From the NCBI GenBank assembly GCA_964016885.1, contig OZ024741.1, forward strand, positions 306,280,001 to 306,344,000: a DNA stretch of 64,000 nucleotides. The letters are read 5' to 3'. Below, piece after piece: positions 43,901 through 61,900 of the stretch (the first letter of the stretch is position 1; each line of letters starts with the position of its first letter). The DNA comes from Eledone cirrhosa (Eukaryota). Both the position numbers and the translations under genes were made by a program. The notes below the pieces were generated by a model, which worked only from the letters and a program-made list of their open reading frames with translations, did no database searches and was not told the DNA's origin.

Positions 43901-46900
43901 TCACATCCACCCACCATCTCCACCAACACCATCAACACGACAGCCATCCTCACCTCCACCCACCATCTCCACCAACACCATCAACACGACTGCCATCCTC
44001 ACCTCCACCCACCATCTCCACCAACACCATCAACACGACAGCCATCCTCACATCCACCCACCATCTCCACCAACACCATCAACACGACAGCCATCCTCAC
44101 ATCCACACACCATCTCCAGCCTCAACACCATCAACACGACAGCCATCCTCACCTCCACCCACCATCTCCACCAACACCATCAACACGACAGCCATCCTCA
44201 CATCCACCCACCATCTCCACCAACACCATCAACACGACTGCCATCCTCACCTCCACCCACCATCTCCACCAACACCATCAAAACGACAGCCATCCTCACA
44301 TCCACCCACCATCTCCAGCCTCAACACCATCAACATGACAGCCATCCTTACATCCACCCACCATCTCCAGCCTCAACACCATCAACACGACAGCCATCCT
44401 CACCTCCACCCACCATCTCCACCAACACCATCAACACGACAGCCATCCTCACCTCCACCCACCATCTCCAGCCTCAACACCATCAACACGACAGCCATCC
44501 TCACATCCTCCCACCATCTCCAGCCTCAACACCATCAACACGACAGCCATCCTCACCTCCACCCACCATCTCCACCAACACCATCAACACGACAGCCATC
44601 CTCACCTCCACCCACCATCTCCACCAACACCATCAACACGACAGCCATCCTCACCTCCACCCACCATCTCCACCATCACCATCAACACGACAGCCATCCT
44701 CACCTCCACCCACCATCTCCACCATCACCATCAACACGACAGCCATCCTCACCTCCACCCACCATCTCCACCAACACCATCAACACGACAGCCATCCTCA
44801 CCTCCACCCACCATCTCCACCAACACCATCAACACGACAGCCATCCTCACCTCCACCCAACATCTCCAGCCTCAACACCATCAACACGACAGCCATCCTC
44901 ACCTCCATCCACCATCTCCAGCCCCAACACCATCAACACGACAGCCATCCTCACATCCACCCACCATCTCCACCAACACCATCAACACGACAGCCATCCT
45001 CACCTCCACCCACCATCTCCACCAACACCATCAACACGACAGCCATCCTCACCTCCACCCACCATCTCCACCAACACCATCAACACGACAGCCATCCTCA
45101 CCTCCACCCACCATCTCCACCAACACCATCAACACGACAGCCATCCTCACCTCCACCCACCATCTCCACCATCACCATCAACACGACAGCCATCCTCACC
45201 TCCACCCACCATCTCCACCATCACCATCAACACGACAGCCATCCTCACCTCCACCCACCATCTCCACCAACACCATCAACACGACAGCCATCCTCACATC
45301 CACCCACCATCTCCACCAACACCATCAACACGACAGCCATCCTCACATCCACCCACCATCTCCACCAACACCATCAACACGACAGCCATCCTCACATCCA
45401 CCCACCATCTCCACCAAAACCATCAACACGACAGCCATCCTCACATCCACCCACCATCTCCACCAACACCATCAACACGACTGCCATCCTGACCTCCACC
45501 CACCATCTCCACCAACACCATCAACACGACAGCCATCCTCACATCCACCCACCATCTCCACCAACACCATCAACACGACAGCCATCCTCACCTCCACCCA
45601 CCATCTCCACCATCACCCTCAAGACGACAGCCATCCTCACCTCCACCCACCATCTCCACCAACACCATCAACACGACAGCCATCCTCACCTCCACCCAAC
45701 ATCTCCAGCCTCAACACCATCAACACGACAGCCATCCTCACCTCCATCCACCATCTCCAGCCCCAACACCATCAACACGACAGCAATCCTCACATCCACC
45801 CACCATCTCCACCAACACCATCAACACGACAGCCATCCTCACATCCACCCACCATCTCCACCAACACCATCAACACGACAGCCATCCTCACCTCCACCCA
45901 CCATCTCCACCAACACCATCAACACGACAGCCATCCTCACATCCACCCACCATCTCCACCAACACCATCAACACGACAGCCATCCTCACCTCCACCCACC
46001 ATCTCCACCAACACCATCAACACGACAGCCATCCTCACACCCACCCACCATCTCCACCAACACCATCAACACGACAGCCATCCTCACCTCAACCCACCAT
46101 CTCCAGCCTCAACACCATCAACACGACAGCCATCCTCACATCCACCCACCATCTCCACCAACACCATCAACACGACAGCCATCCTCACATCCACCCACCA
46201 TCTCCACCATCACCATCAACACGACAGCCATCCTCACATCCACCCACCATCTCCACCAACACCGTCAACACGACAGCCATCCTCACATCCACCCACCATC
46301 TCCACCAACACCATCAACACGACAGCCATCCTCACATCCACCCACCATCTCCACCAACACCATCAACACGACAGCCATCCTCACATCCACCCACCATCTC
46401 CACCATCACCATCAACACGACAGCCATCCTCACCTCCACCCACCATCTCCAGCCTCAACACCATCAACACGACAGCCATCCTTACCTCCACCCACCATCT
46501 CCACCAACACCATCAACACGACAGCCATCCTCACCTCCACCCACCATCTCCAGCCTCAACACCATCAACACGACAGCCATCCTCACCTCCACCCACCATC
46601 TCCACCAACACCATCAACGCGACAGCCATCCTCAACTCCACCCACCATCTCCAGCCTCAACACCATCAACACGACAGCCATCCTCACCTCCACCCACCAT
46701 CTCCACCATCACCACCATCACGACAGCCATCCTCACCTCCACCCACCATCTCCACTAACACCATCAACACGACAGCCATCCTCACCTCCACCCACCATCT
46801 CCACCAACACCATCAACACGACTGCCATCCTCACCTCCACCCACCCTCACCACCAACACCTTCAACACGACAGCCATCCTCACATACACCCACCATCTCC

Positions 46901-49900
46901 ACCAACACCATCAACACGACAGCCATCCTCACCTCCACCCACCATCTCCAGCCCCAACACCATCAACACGACAGCCATCCTCACATCCACCCCCCATCTC
47001 CACCAACACCATCAACACGACAGCCATCCTCACCTCCACCCACCATCTCCACCATCACCCTCAACACGACAGCCATCCTCACATCCACCCACCATCTCCA
47101 CCAACACCATCAACACGACAGCCATCCTCACCTCCACCCACCATCTCCACCAACACCATCAACACGACAGCCATCCTCACACCCACCCACCATCTCCACC
47201 AACACCATCAACACGACAGCCATCCTCACATCCACCCACCATCTCCACCAACACCATCAACACGACAGCCATCCTCACACCCACCCACCATCTCCAGCCT
47301 CAACACCATCAACACGACAGCCATCCTCACACCCACCCACCATCTCCACCAACACCATCAACACGACAGCCATCCTCACATCCACCCACCATCTCCAGCA
47401 TCAACACCATCAACACGACAGCCATCCTCACATCCACCCACCATCTCCACCAACACCATCAACACGACAGCCATCCTCACATCTACCCACCATCTCCACC
47501 AACACCATCAACACGACAGCCATCCTCACATCCATCCACCATCTCCACCAACACCATCAACACGACAGCCATCCTCACCTCCACCCACCATCTCCAGCCT
47601 CAACACCATCAACACGACAGCCATCCTCACCTCCACCCACCATCTCCACCAACACCATCAACACGACAGCCATCCTCACATCTACCCACCATCTCCACCA
47701 ACACCATCAACACGACAGCCATCCTCACACCCACCCACCATCTCCAGCCTCAACACCATCAACACGACAGCCATCCTCACATCCACCCACCATCTCCACC
47801 AACACCATCAACACGACAGCCATCCTCACATCTACCCACCATCTCCACCAACACCATCAACACGACAGCCATCCTCACATCCACCCACCATCTCCACCAT
47901 CACCATCAACACGACAGCCATCCTCACCTCCACCCACCATCTCCAGCCTCAACACCATCAACACGACAGCCATCCTCACCTCCACCCACCATCTCCACCA
48001 ACACCATCAACACGACTGCCATCCTCACCTCCACCCACCATCTCCACCAACACCATCAACACGACAGCCATCCTCACATCCACCCACCATCTCCAGCCTC
48101 AACACCATCAACACGACAGCCATCCTCACCTCCACCCACCATCTCCACCAACACCATCAACACGACAGCCATCCTCACCTCCACCCACCATCTCCACCAA
48201 CACCATCAACACGACTGCCATCCTCACCGCCACCCACCATCTCCACCAACACCATCAACACGACAGCCATCCTCACATCCACCCACCATCTCCACCAACA
48301 CCATCAACACGACAGCCATCCTCACCTCCACCCACCATCTCCAGCCTCAACACCATCAACACAACAGCCATCCTCACCTCCACCCACCATCTCCACCAAC
48401 ACCATCAACACGACAGCCATCCTCACATCCACCCACCATCTCCACCATCACAACCATCACGACAGCCATCCTCACCTCCACCCACCATCTCCACCAACAC
48501 CATCAACACGACAGCCATCCTGACATCCACCCACCATCTCCACCAACACCATCAACACGACAGCCATCCTCACATCCACCCACCATCTCCAGCCTCAACA
48601 CCATCAACACGACAGCCATCCTCACCTCCACCCACCATCTCCACCAACACCATCAACACGACAGCCATCCTCACCTCCACCCACCATCTCCACCAACACC
48701 ATCAACACGACTGCCATCCTCACCGCCACCCACCATCTCCACCAACACCATCAACACGACAGCCATCCTCACATCCACCCACCATCTCCACCAACACCAT
48801 CAACACGACAGCCATCCTCACCTCCACCCACCATCTCCACCAACACCATCAACACGACAGCCATCCTCACATCCACCCACCATCTCCAGCCTCAACACCA
48901 TCAACACGACAGCCATCCTCACCTCCACCCACCATCTCCACCAACACCATCAACACGACTGCCATCCTCACCGCCACCCACCATCTCCACCAACACCATC
49001 AACACGACAGCCATCCTCACATCCACCCACCATCTCCACCAACACCATCAACACGACAGCCATCCTCACCTCCACCCACCATCTCCACCAACACCATCAA
49101 CACGACAGCCATCCTCACATCCACCCACCATCTCCAGCCTCAACACCATCAACACGACAGCCATCCTCACACCCACCCACCATCTCCACCAACACCATCA
49201 ACACGACAGCCATCCTCACCTCCACCCACCATCTCCACCAACACCATCAACACGACAGCCATCCTCACCTCCACCCACCATCTCCACCAACACCATCAAC
49301 ACGACAGCCATCCTCACCTCCACCCACCATCTCCACCAACACCATCAACACGACAGCCATCCTCACATCCACCCACCATCTCCACCAACACCATCAACAC
49401 GACAGCCATCCTCACATCCACCCACCATCTCCAGCCTCAACACCATCAACACGACAGCCATCCTCACCTCCACCCACCATCTCCACCAACACCATCAACA
49501 CGACAGCCATCCTCACCTCCACCCACCATCTCCACCAACACCATCAACACGACAGCCATCCTCACATCCACCCACCATCTCCACCAACACCATCAACACG
49601 ACAGCCATCCTCACATCCACCCACCATCTCCACCAACACCATCAACACGACAGCCATCCTCACCTCCACCCACCATCTCCACCAACACCATCAACACGAC
49701 AGCCATCCTCACCTCCACCCACCATCTCCAGCCTCAACACCATCAACACAACAGCCATCCTCACCTCCACCCACCATCTCCACCAACACCATCAACACGA
49801 CAGCCATCCTCACATCCACCCACCATCTCCACCATCACAACCATCACGACAGCCATCCTCACCTCCACCCACCATCTCCACCATCACAACCATCACGACA

Positions 49901-52900
49901 GCCATCCTCACCTCCACCCACCATCTCCACCAACACCATCAACACGACAGCCATCCTGACATCCACCCACCATCTCCACCAACACCATCAACACGACAGC
50001 CATCCTCACACCCACCCACCATCTCCAGCCTCAACACCATCGACACGACAGCCATCCTCACACCCACCCACCATCTCCACCAACACCATCAACACGACAG
50101 CCATCCTCACCTCCACCCACCATCTCCACCAACACCATCAACACGACAGCCATCCTCACATCCACCCACCATCTCCACCAACACCATCAACACGACAGCC
50201 ATCCTCACACCCACCCACCATCTCCAGCCTCAACACCATCGACACGACAGCCATCCTCACACCCACCCACCATCTCCACCAACACCATCAACACGACAGC
50301 CATCCTCACCTCCACCCACCATCTCCACCAACACCATCGACACGACAGCCATCCTCACACCCACCCACCATCTCCACCAACACCATCAACACGACAGCCA
50401 TCCTCACCTCCACCCACCATCTCCAGCCTCAACACCATCAACACGACAGCCATCCTCACATCCACGCACCATCTCCACCAACACCATCAACACGACAGCC
50501 ATCCTCACCTCCACCCACCATCTCCAGCCTCAACACCATCAACACGACAGCCATCCTCACCTCCACCCACCATCTCCACCAACACCATCAACACAACAGC
50601 CATCCTCACCTCCACCCACCATCTCCACCAACACCATCAACACGACAGCCATCCTCACCTCCACCCACCATCTCCACCAACACCATCAACACGACAGCCA
50701 TCCTCACATCCACCCACCATCTCCACCAACACCATCAACACGACAGCCATCCTCACCTCCACCCACCATCTCCACCAACACCATCAACACGACAGCCATC
50801 CTCACCTCCACCCACCATCTCCAGCCTCAACACCATCAACACGACAGCCATCCTCACACCCACCCACCATCTCCAGCCTCAACACCATCAACACGACAGC
50901 CATCCTCACACCCACCCACCATCTCCAGCCTCAACACCATCAACACGACAGCCATCCTCACACCCACCCACCATCTCCAGCCTCAACACCATCAACACGA
51001 CAGCCATCCTCACCTCCACCCACCATCTCCACCAACACCATCAACACGACAGCCATCCTCACATCCACCCACCATCTCCAGCCTCAACACCATCAACACG
51101 ACAGCCATCCTCACCTCCACCCACCATCTCCACCAACACCATCAACACGACAGCCATCCTCACCTCCACCCACCATCTCCACCATCACCATCAACACGAC
51201 AGCCATCCTCACCTCCACCCACCATCTCCACCAACACCATCAACACGACAGCCATCCTCACCTCCACCCACCATCTCCACCAACACCATCAACACGACAG
51301 CCATCCTCACCTCCACCCACCATCTCCACCATCACCATCAACACGACAGCCATCCTCACCTCCACCCACCATCTCCAGCCTCAACACCATCAACACGACA
51401 GCCATCCTCACCTCCACCCACCATCTCCAGCCTCAACATCATCAACACGACAGCCATCCTCACCTCCACCCACCATCTCCACCAACACCATCAACACGAC
51501 AGCCATCCTCACATCCACCCACCATCTCCAGCCTCAACATCATCAACACGACAGCCATCCTCACCTCCACCCACCATCTCCACCAACACCATCAACACGA
51601 CAGCCATCCTCACCTCCACCCACCATCTCCAGCCTCAACATCATCAACACGACAGCCATCCTCACCTCCACCCACCATCTCCACCAACACCATCAACACG
51701 ACAGCCATCCTCACATCCACCCACCATCTCCAGCCTCAACATCATCAACACGACAGCCATCCTCACATCCACCCACCATCTCCACCAACACCATCAACAC
51801 GACAGCCATCCTCACCTCCACCCACCATCTCCAGCCTCAACACCATCAACACGACAGCCATCCTCACATCCACCCACCATCTCCACCATCACCATCAACA
51901 CGACAGCCATCCTCACACCCACCCACCATCTCCAGCCTCAACACCATCAACACGACAGCCATCCTCACCTCCACCCACCATCTCCAGCCTCAACACCATC
52001 AACACGACAGCCATCCTCACATCCACCCACCATCTCCACCATCACCATCAACACGACAGCCATCCTCACCTCCACCCACCATCTCCAGCCTCAACACCAT
52101 CAACACGACAGCCATCCTCACCTCCACCCACCATCTCCAGCCTCAACACCATCAACACGACAGCCATCCTCACATCCACCCACCATCTCCACCATCACCA
52201 TCAACACGACAGCCATCCTCACACCCACCCACCATCTCCAGCCTCAACACCATCAACACGACAGCCATCCTCACCTCCACCCACCATCTCCAGCCTCAAC
52301 ACCATCAACACGACAGCCATCCTCACCTCCACCCACCATCTCCAGCCTCAACACCATCAACACGACAGCCATCCTCACCTCCACCCACCATCTCCAGCCT
52401 CAACACCATCAACACGACAGCCATCCTCACACCCACCCACCATCTCCAGCCTCAACACCATCAACACGACAGCCATCCTCACCTCCACCCACCATCTCCA
52501 CCATCACCATCAACACGACAGCCATCCTCACACCCACCCACCATCTCCAGCCTCAACACCATCAACACGACAGCCATCCTCACCTCCACCCACCATCTCC
52601 AGCCTCAACACCATCAACACGACAGCCATCCTCACATCCACCCACCATCTCCAGCCTCAACACCATCAACACGACAGCCATCCTCACCTCCACCCACCAT
52701 CTCCAGCCTCAACACCATCAACACGACAGCCATCCTCACATCCACCCACCATCTCCACCAACACCATCAACACGACAGCCATCCTCATCTCCACCCACCA
52801 TCTCCACCAACACCATCAAAACGACAGCCATCCTCACCTCCACCCACCATCTCCACCAACACCATCAACACGACAGCCATCCTCACATCCACCCACCATC

Positions 52901-55900
52901 TCCACCAACACCATCAACACGACAGCCATCCTCACCTCCACCCACCATCTCCACCAACACCATCAACACGACAGCCATCCTCACCTCCACCCACCATCTC
53001 CACCAACACCATCAACACGACAGCCATCCTCACCTCCACCCACCATCTCCACCAACACCATCAACACGACAGCCATCCTCACCTCCACCCACCATCTCCA
53101 CCAACACCATCAACACGACAGCCATCCTCACATCCACCCACCATCTCCACCAACACCATCAACACGACAGCCATCCTCACCTCCACCCACCATCTCCAGC
53201 CTCAACACCATCAACACGACAGCCATCCTCACCTCCACCCACCATCTCCACCAACACCATCAACACGACAGCCATCCTCACCTCCACCCACCATCTCCAC
53301 CAACACCATCAACACGACAGCCATCCTCACATCCACCCACCATCTCCACCATCACCATCAACACGACAGCCATCCTCACCTCCACCCACCATCTCCAGCC
53401 TCAACACCATCAACACGACAGCCATCCTCACACCCACCCACCATCTCCAGCCTCAACACCATCAACACGACAGCCATCCTCACACCCACCCACCATCTCC
53501 AGCCTCAACACCATCAACACGACAGCCATCCTCACCTCCACCCACCATCTCCACCAACACCATCAACACGACAGCCATCCTCACATCCACCCACCATCTC
53601 CACCAACACCATCAACACGACAGCCATCCTCACCTCCACCCACCATCTCCAGCCTCAACACCATCAACACGACAGCCATCCTCACCTCCACCCACCATCT
53701 CCACCAACACCATCAACACGACAGCCATCCTCACCTCCACCCACCATCTCCACCAACACCATCAACACGACAGCCATCCTCACATCCACCCACCATCTCC
53801 ACCATCACCATCAACACGACAGCCATCCTCACCTCCACCCACCATCTCCAGCCTCAACACCATCAACACGACAGCCATCCTCACACCCACCCACCATCTC
53901 CAGCCTCAACACCATCAACACGACAGCCATCCTCACACCCACCCACCATCTCCAGCCTCAACACCATCAACACGACAGCCATCCTCACCTCCACCCACCA
54001 TCTCCACCAACACCATCAACACGACAGCCATCCTCACCTCCACCCACCATCTCCACCAACACCATCAACACGACAGCCATCCTCACATCCACCCACCATC
54101 TCCACCATCACCATCAACACGACAGCCATCCTCACCTCCACCCACCATCTCCAGCCTCAACACCATCAACACGACAGCCATCCTCACCTCCACCCACCAT
54201 CTCCAGCCACAACACCATCAACACGACAGCCATCCTCACATCCACCCACCATCTCCACCAACACCATCAACACGACAGCCATCCTCACCTCCACCCACCA
54301 TCTCCACCAACACCATCAACACGACAGCCATCCTCACCTCCACCCACCATCTCCAGCCTCAACACCATCAACACGACAGCCATCCTCACATCCACCCACC
54401 ATCTCCACCAACACCATCAACACGACAGCCATCCTCACATCCACCCACCATCTCCACCAACACCATCAACACGACAGCCATCCTCACCTCCACCCACCAT
54501 CTCCAGCCTCAACACCATCAACACGACAGCCATCCTCACCTCCACCCACCATCTCCACCAACACCATCAACACGACAGCCATCCTCACCTCCACCCACCA
54601 TCTCCAGCCACAACACCATCAACACGACAGCCATCCTCACATCCACCCACCATCTCCACCAACACCATCAACACGACAGCCATCCTCACCTCCACCCACC
54701 ATCTCCACCAACACCATCAACACGACAGCCATCCTCACCTCCACCCACCATCTCCACCAACACCATCAACACGACAGCCATCCTCACCTCCACCCACCAT
54801 CTCCAGCAACACCATCAACACGACAGCCATCCTCACATCCACCCACCATCTCCACCAACACCATCAACACGACAGCCATCCTCACATCCACCCACCATCT
54901 CCACCATCACCATCAACACGACAGCCATCCTCACATCCACCCACCATCTCCACCAACACCATCAACACGACAGCCATCCTCACCTCCACCCACCATCTCC
55001 ACCAACACCATCAACACGACAGCCATCCTCACCTCCACCCACCATCTCCAGCCACAACACCATCAACACGACAGCCATCCTCACATCCACCCACCATCTC
55101 CACCATCACCATCAACACGACAGCCATCCTCACCTCCACCCACCATCTCCAGCCTCAACACCATCAACACGACAGCCATCCTCACCTCCACCCACCATCT
55201 CCACCAACACCATCAACACGACAGCCATCCTCACATCCACCCACCATCTCCACCAACACCATCAACACGACAGCCATCCTCACCTCCACCCACCATCTTC
55301 AGCCTCAACACCATCAACACGACAGCCATCCTCACCTCCACCCACCATCTCCACCAACACCATCAACACGACAGCCATCCTCACCTCCACCCACCATCTC
55401 CACCAACACCATCAACACGACAGCCATCCTCACACCCACCCACCATCTCCACCAACACCATCAACACGACAGCCATCCTCACCTCCACCCACCATCTCCA
55501 CCAACACCATCAACACGACAGCCATCCTCACACCCACCCACCATCTCCACCAACACCATCAACACGACAGCCATCCTCACCTCCACCCACCATCTCCACC
55601 AACACCATCAACACGACAGCCATCCTCACATCCACCCACCATCTCCACCAACACCATCAACATGACAGCCATCCTCACCTCCACCCACCATCTCCAGCCT
55701 CAACACCATCAACACGACAGCCATCCTCACCTCCACCCACCATCTCCACCAACACCATCAACACGACAGCCATCCTCACCTCCACCCACCATCTCCACCA
55801 ACACCATCAACACGACAGCCATCCTCACACCCACCCACCATCTCCAGCCTCAACACCATCAACACGACAGCCATCCTCACATCCACCCACCATCTCCACC

Positions 55901-58900
55901 ATCACCATCAACACGACAGCCATCCTCACCTCCACCCACCATCTCCACCAACACCATCAACACGACAGCCATCCTCACCTCCACCCACCATCTCCACCAA
56001 CACCATCAACACGACAGCCATCCTCACACCCACCCACCATCTCCACCAACACCATCAACACGACAGCCATCCTCACCTCCACCCACCATCTCCACCAACA
56101 CCATCAACACGACAGCCATCCTCACATCCACCCACCATCTCCACCATCACCATCAACACGACAGCCATCCTCACCTCCACCCACCATCTCCAGCCACAAC
56201 ACCATCAACACGACAGCCATCCTCACATCCACCCACCATCTCCACCATCACCATCAACACGACAGCCATCCTCACCTCCACCCACCATCTCCAGCCTCAA
56301 CACCATCAACACGACAGCCATCCTCACCTCCACCCACCATCTCCACCAACACCATCAACACGACAGCCATCCTCACATCCACCCACCATCTCCACCATCA
56401 CCATCAACACGACAGCCATCCTCACATCCACCCACCATCTCCACCAACACCATCAACACGACAGCCATCCTCACCTCCACCCACCATCTCCACCAACACC
56501 ATCAACACGACAGCCATCCTCACCTCCACCCACCATCTCCAGCCTCAACACCATCAACACGACAGCCATCCTCACCTCCACCCACCATCTCCACCAACAC
56601 CATCAACACGACAGCCATCCTCACCTCCACCCACCATCTCCACCAACACCATCAACACGACAGCCATCCTCACCTCCACCCACCATCTCCAGCCTCAACA
56701 CCATCAACACGACAGCCATCCTCACACCCACCCACCATCTCCACCAACACCATCAACACGACAGCCATCCTCACCTCCACCCACCATCTCCACCAACACC
56801 ATCAACACGACAGCCATCCTCACATCCACCCACCATCTCCACCATCACCATCAACACGACAGCCATCCTCACCTCCACCCACCATCTCCAGCCACAACAC
56901 CATCAACACGACAGCCATCCTCACCTCCACCCACCATCTCCACCAACACCATCAACACGACAGCCATCCTCACATCCACCCACCATCTCCACCATCACCA
57001 TCAACACGACAGCCATCCTCACCTCCACCCACCATCTCCAGCCACAACACCATCAACACGACAGCCATCCTCACATCCACCCACCATCTCCACCATCACC
57101 ATCAACACGACAGCCATCCTCACCTCCACCCACCATCTCCAGCCTCAACACCCTCAACACGACAGCCATCCTCACCTCCACCCACCATCTCCACCAACAC
57201 CATCAACACGACAGCCATCCTCACATCCACCCACCATCTCCACCATCACCATCAACACGACAGCCATCCTCACATCCACCCACCATCTCCACCAACACCA
57301 TCAACACGACAGCCATCCTCACCTCCACCCACCATCTCCACCAACACCATCAACACGACAGCCATCCTCACCTCCACCCACCATCTCCAGCCTCAACACC
57401 ATCAACACGACAGCCATCCTCACCTCCACCCACCATCTCCACCAACACCATCAACACGACAGCCATCCTCACCTCCACCCACCATCTCCACCAACACCAT
57501 CAACACGACAGCCATCCTCACCTCCACCCACCATCTCCAGCCTCAACACCATCAACACGACAGCCATCCTCACACCCACCCACCATCTCCACCAACACCA
57601 TCAACACGACAGCCATCCTCACCTCCACCCACCATCTCCACCAACACCATCAACACGACAGCCATCCTCACATCCACCCACCATCTCCACCATCACCATC
57701 AACACGACAGCCATCCTCACCTCCACCCACCATCTCCAGCCTCAACACCATCAACACGACAGCCATCCTCACCTCCACCCACCATCTCCACCAACACTAT
57801 CAACACGACAGCCATCCTCACCTCCACCCACCATCTCCACCAACACCATCAACACGACAGCCATCCTCACCTCCACCCACCATCTCCAGCCTCAACACCA
57901 TCAACACGACAGCCATCCTCACCTCCACCCACCATCTCCACCAACACCATCAACACGACAGCCATCCTCACCTCCACCCACCATCTCCACCAACACCATC
58001 AACACGACAGCCATCCTCACATCCACCCACCATCTCCACCATCACCATCAACACGACAGCCATCCTCACCTCCACCCACCATCTCCAGCCTCAACACCAT
58101 CAACACGACAGCCATCCTCACCTCCACCCACCATCTCCACCAACACTATCAACACGACAGCCATCCTCACCTCCACCCACCATCTCCACCAACACCATCA
58201 ACACGACTGCCATCCTCACCGCCATCCACCATCTCCACCAACACCATCAACACGACAGCCATCCTCACATCCACCCACCATCTCCACCAACACCATCAAC
58301 ACGACAGCCATCCTCACCTCCACCCACCATCTCCAGCCTCAACACCATCAACACAACAGCCATCCTCACCTCCACCCACCATCTCCACCAACACCATCAA
58401 CACGACAGCCATCCTCACATCCACCCACCATCTCCACCATCACAACCATCACGACAGCCATCCTCACCTCCACCCACCATCTCCACCATCACAACCATCA
58501 CGACAGCCATCCTCACCTCCACCCACCATCTCCACCAACACCATCAACACGACAGCCATCCTGACATCCACCCACCATCTCCACCAACACCATCAACACG
58601 ACAGCCATCCTCACATCCACCCACCATCTCCAGCCTCAACACCATCAACACGACAGCCATCCTCGCCTCCACCCACCATCTCCACCAACACCATCAACAC
58701 GACAGCCATCCTCACCTCCACCCACCATCTCCACCAACACCATCAACACGACTGCCATCCTCACCGCCACCCACCATCTCCACCAACACCATCAACACGA
58801 CAGCCATCCTCACATCCACCCACCATCTCCACCAACACCATCAACACGACAGCCATCCTCACCTCCACCCACCATCTCCAGCCTCAACACCATCAACACA

Positions 58901-61900
58901 ACAGCCATCCTCACCTCCACCCACCATCTCCACCAACACCATCAACACGACAGCCATCCTCACATCCACCCACCATCTCCACCATCACAACCATCACGAC
59001 AGCCATCCTCACCTCCACCCACCATCTACACCATCACAACCATCACGACAGCCATCCTCACCTCCACCCACCATCTCCACCAACACCATCAACACGACAG
59101 CCATCCTCACCTCCACCCACCATCTCCACCAACACCATCAACACGACAGCCATCCTGACATCCACCCACCATCTCCACCAACACCATCAACACGACAGCC
59201 ATCCTCACACCCACCCACCATCTCCAGCCTCAACACCATCGACACGACAGCCATCCTCACACCCACCCACCATCTCCACCAACACCATCAACACGACAGC
59301 CATCCTCACCTCCACCCACCATCTCCACCAACACCATCAACACGACAGCCATCCTCACACCCACCCACCATCTCCAGCCTCAACACCATCAACACGACAG
59401 CCATCCTCACATCCACCCACCATCTCCACCAACACCATCAACACGACAGCCATCCTCACACCCACCCACCATCTCCAGCCTCAACACCATCGACACGACA
59501 GCCATCATCACACCCACCCACCATCTCCACCAACACCATCAACACGACAGCCATCCTCACCTCCACCCACCATCTCCACCAACACCATCAACACGACAGC
59601 CATCCTCACATCCACCCACCATCTCCACCAACACCATCAACACGACAGCCATCCTCACACCCACCCACCATCTCCAGCCTCAACACCATCGACACGACAG
59701 CCATCCTCACACCCACCCACCATCTCCACCAACACCATCAACACGAAAGCCATCCTCACCTCCACCCACCATCTCCACCAACACCATCGACACGACAGCC
59801 ATCCTCACACCCACCCACCATCTCCACCAACACCATCAACACGACAGCCATCCTCACCTCCACCCACCATCTCCAGCCTCAACACCATCAACACGACAGC
59901 CATCCTCACATCCACGCACCATCTCCACCAACACCATCAACACGACAGCCATCCTCACATCCACCCACCATCTCCAGCCTCAACACCATCAACACGACAG
60001 CCATCCTCACCTCCACCCACCATCTCCAGCCTCAACACCATCAACACGACAGCCATCCTCACCTCCACCCACCATCTCCAGCCTCAACACCATCAACACG
60101 ACAGCCATCCTCACCTCCACCCACCATCTCCACCAACACCATCAACACGACAGCCATCCTCACCTCCACCCACCATCTCCACCATCACCATCAACACGAC
60201 AGCCATCCTCACCTCCACCCACCATCTCCAGCCTCAACACCATCAACACGACAGCCATCCTCACCTCCACCCACCATCTCCACCAACACCATCAACACGA
60301 CTGCCATCCTCACCTCCACCCACCATCTCCACCAACACCATCAACACGACAGCCATCCTCACATCCACCCACCATCTCCACCAACACCATCAACACGACA
60401 GCCATCCTCACATCCACCCACCATCTCCACCAACACCATCAACACGACAGCCATCCTCACATCCACCCACCATCTCCAGCCTCAACACCATCAACACGAC
60501 AGCCATCCTCACCTCCACCCACCATCTCCAGCCTCAACACCATCAACACGACAGCCATCCTCACCTCCACCCACCATCTCCACCAACACCATCAACACGA
60601 CAGCCATCCTCACATCCACCCACCATCTCCAGCCTCAACACCATCAACACGACAGCCATCCTCACCTCCACCCACCATCTCCAGCCTCAACACCATCAAC
60701 ACGACAGCCATCCTCACATCCACCCACCATCTCCACCATCACCATCAACACGACAGCCATCCTCACCTCCACCCACCATCTCCAGCCTCAACACCATCAA
60801 CATGACAGCCATCCTTACATCCACCCACCATCTCCAGCCTCAACACCATCAACACGACAGCCATCCTCACCTCCACCCACCATCTCCAGCCTCAACACCA
60901 TCAACACGACAGCCATCCTCACATCCACCCACCATCTCCACCAACACCATCAACACGACAGCCATCCTCACCTCCACCCACCATCTCCAGCCTCAACACC
61001 ATCAACATGACAGCCATCCTTACATCCACCCACCATCTCCAGCCTCAACACCATCAACACGACAGCCATCCTCACCTCCACCCACCATCTCCAGCCTCAA
61101 CACCATCAACACGACAGCCATCCTCACACCCACCCACCATCTCCACCAACACCATCAACACGACAGCTATCCTCACCTCCACCCACCATCTCCACCAACA
61201 CCATCAACACGACAGCCATCCTCACACCCACCCACCATCTCCACCAACACCATCAACACGACAGCCATCCTCACCTCCACCCACCATCTCCACCAACACC
61301 ATCAACACGACAGCCATCCTCACCTCCACCCACCATCTCCACCATCACCATCAACACGACAGCCATCCTCACACCCACCCACCATCTCCAGCCTCAACAC
61401 CATCAACACGACAGCCATCCTCACCTCCACCCACCATCTCCAGCCTCAACACCATCAACACGACAGCCATCCTCACATCCACCCACCATCTCCACCATCA
61501 CCATCAACACGACAGCCATCCTCACCTCCACCCACCATCTCCAGCCTCAACACCATCAACACGACAGCCATCCTCACCTCCACCCACCATCTCCACCAAC
61601 ACCATCAACACGACAGCCATCCTCACCTCCACCCACCATCTCCACCAACACCATCAACACGACTGCCATCCTCACCGCCACCCACCATCTCCACCAACAC
61701 CATCAACACGACAGCCATCCTCACATCCACCCACCATCTCCACCAACACCATCAACACGACAGCCATCCTCACCTCCACCCACCATCTCCAGCCTCAACA
61801 CCATCAACACAACAGCCATCCTCACCTCCACCCACCATCTCCACCAACACCATCAACACGACAGCCATCCTCACATCCACCCACCATCTCCACCATCACA

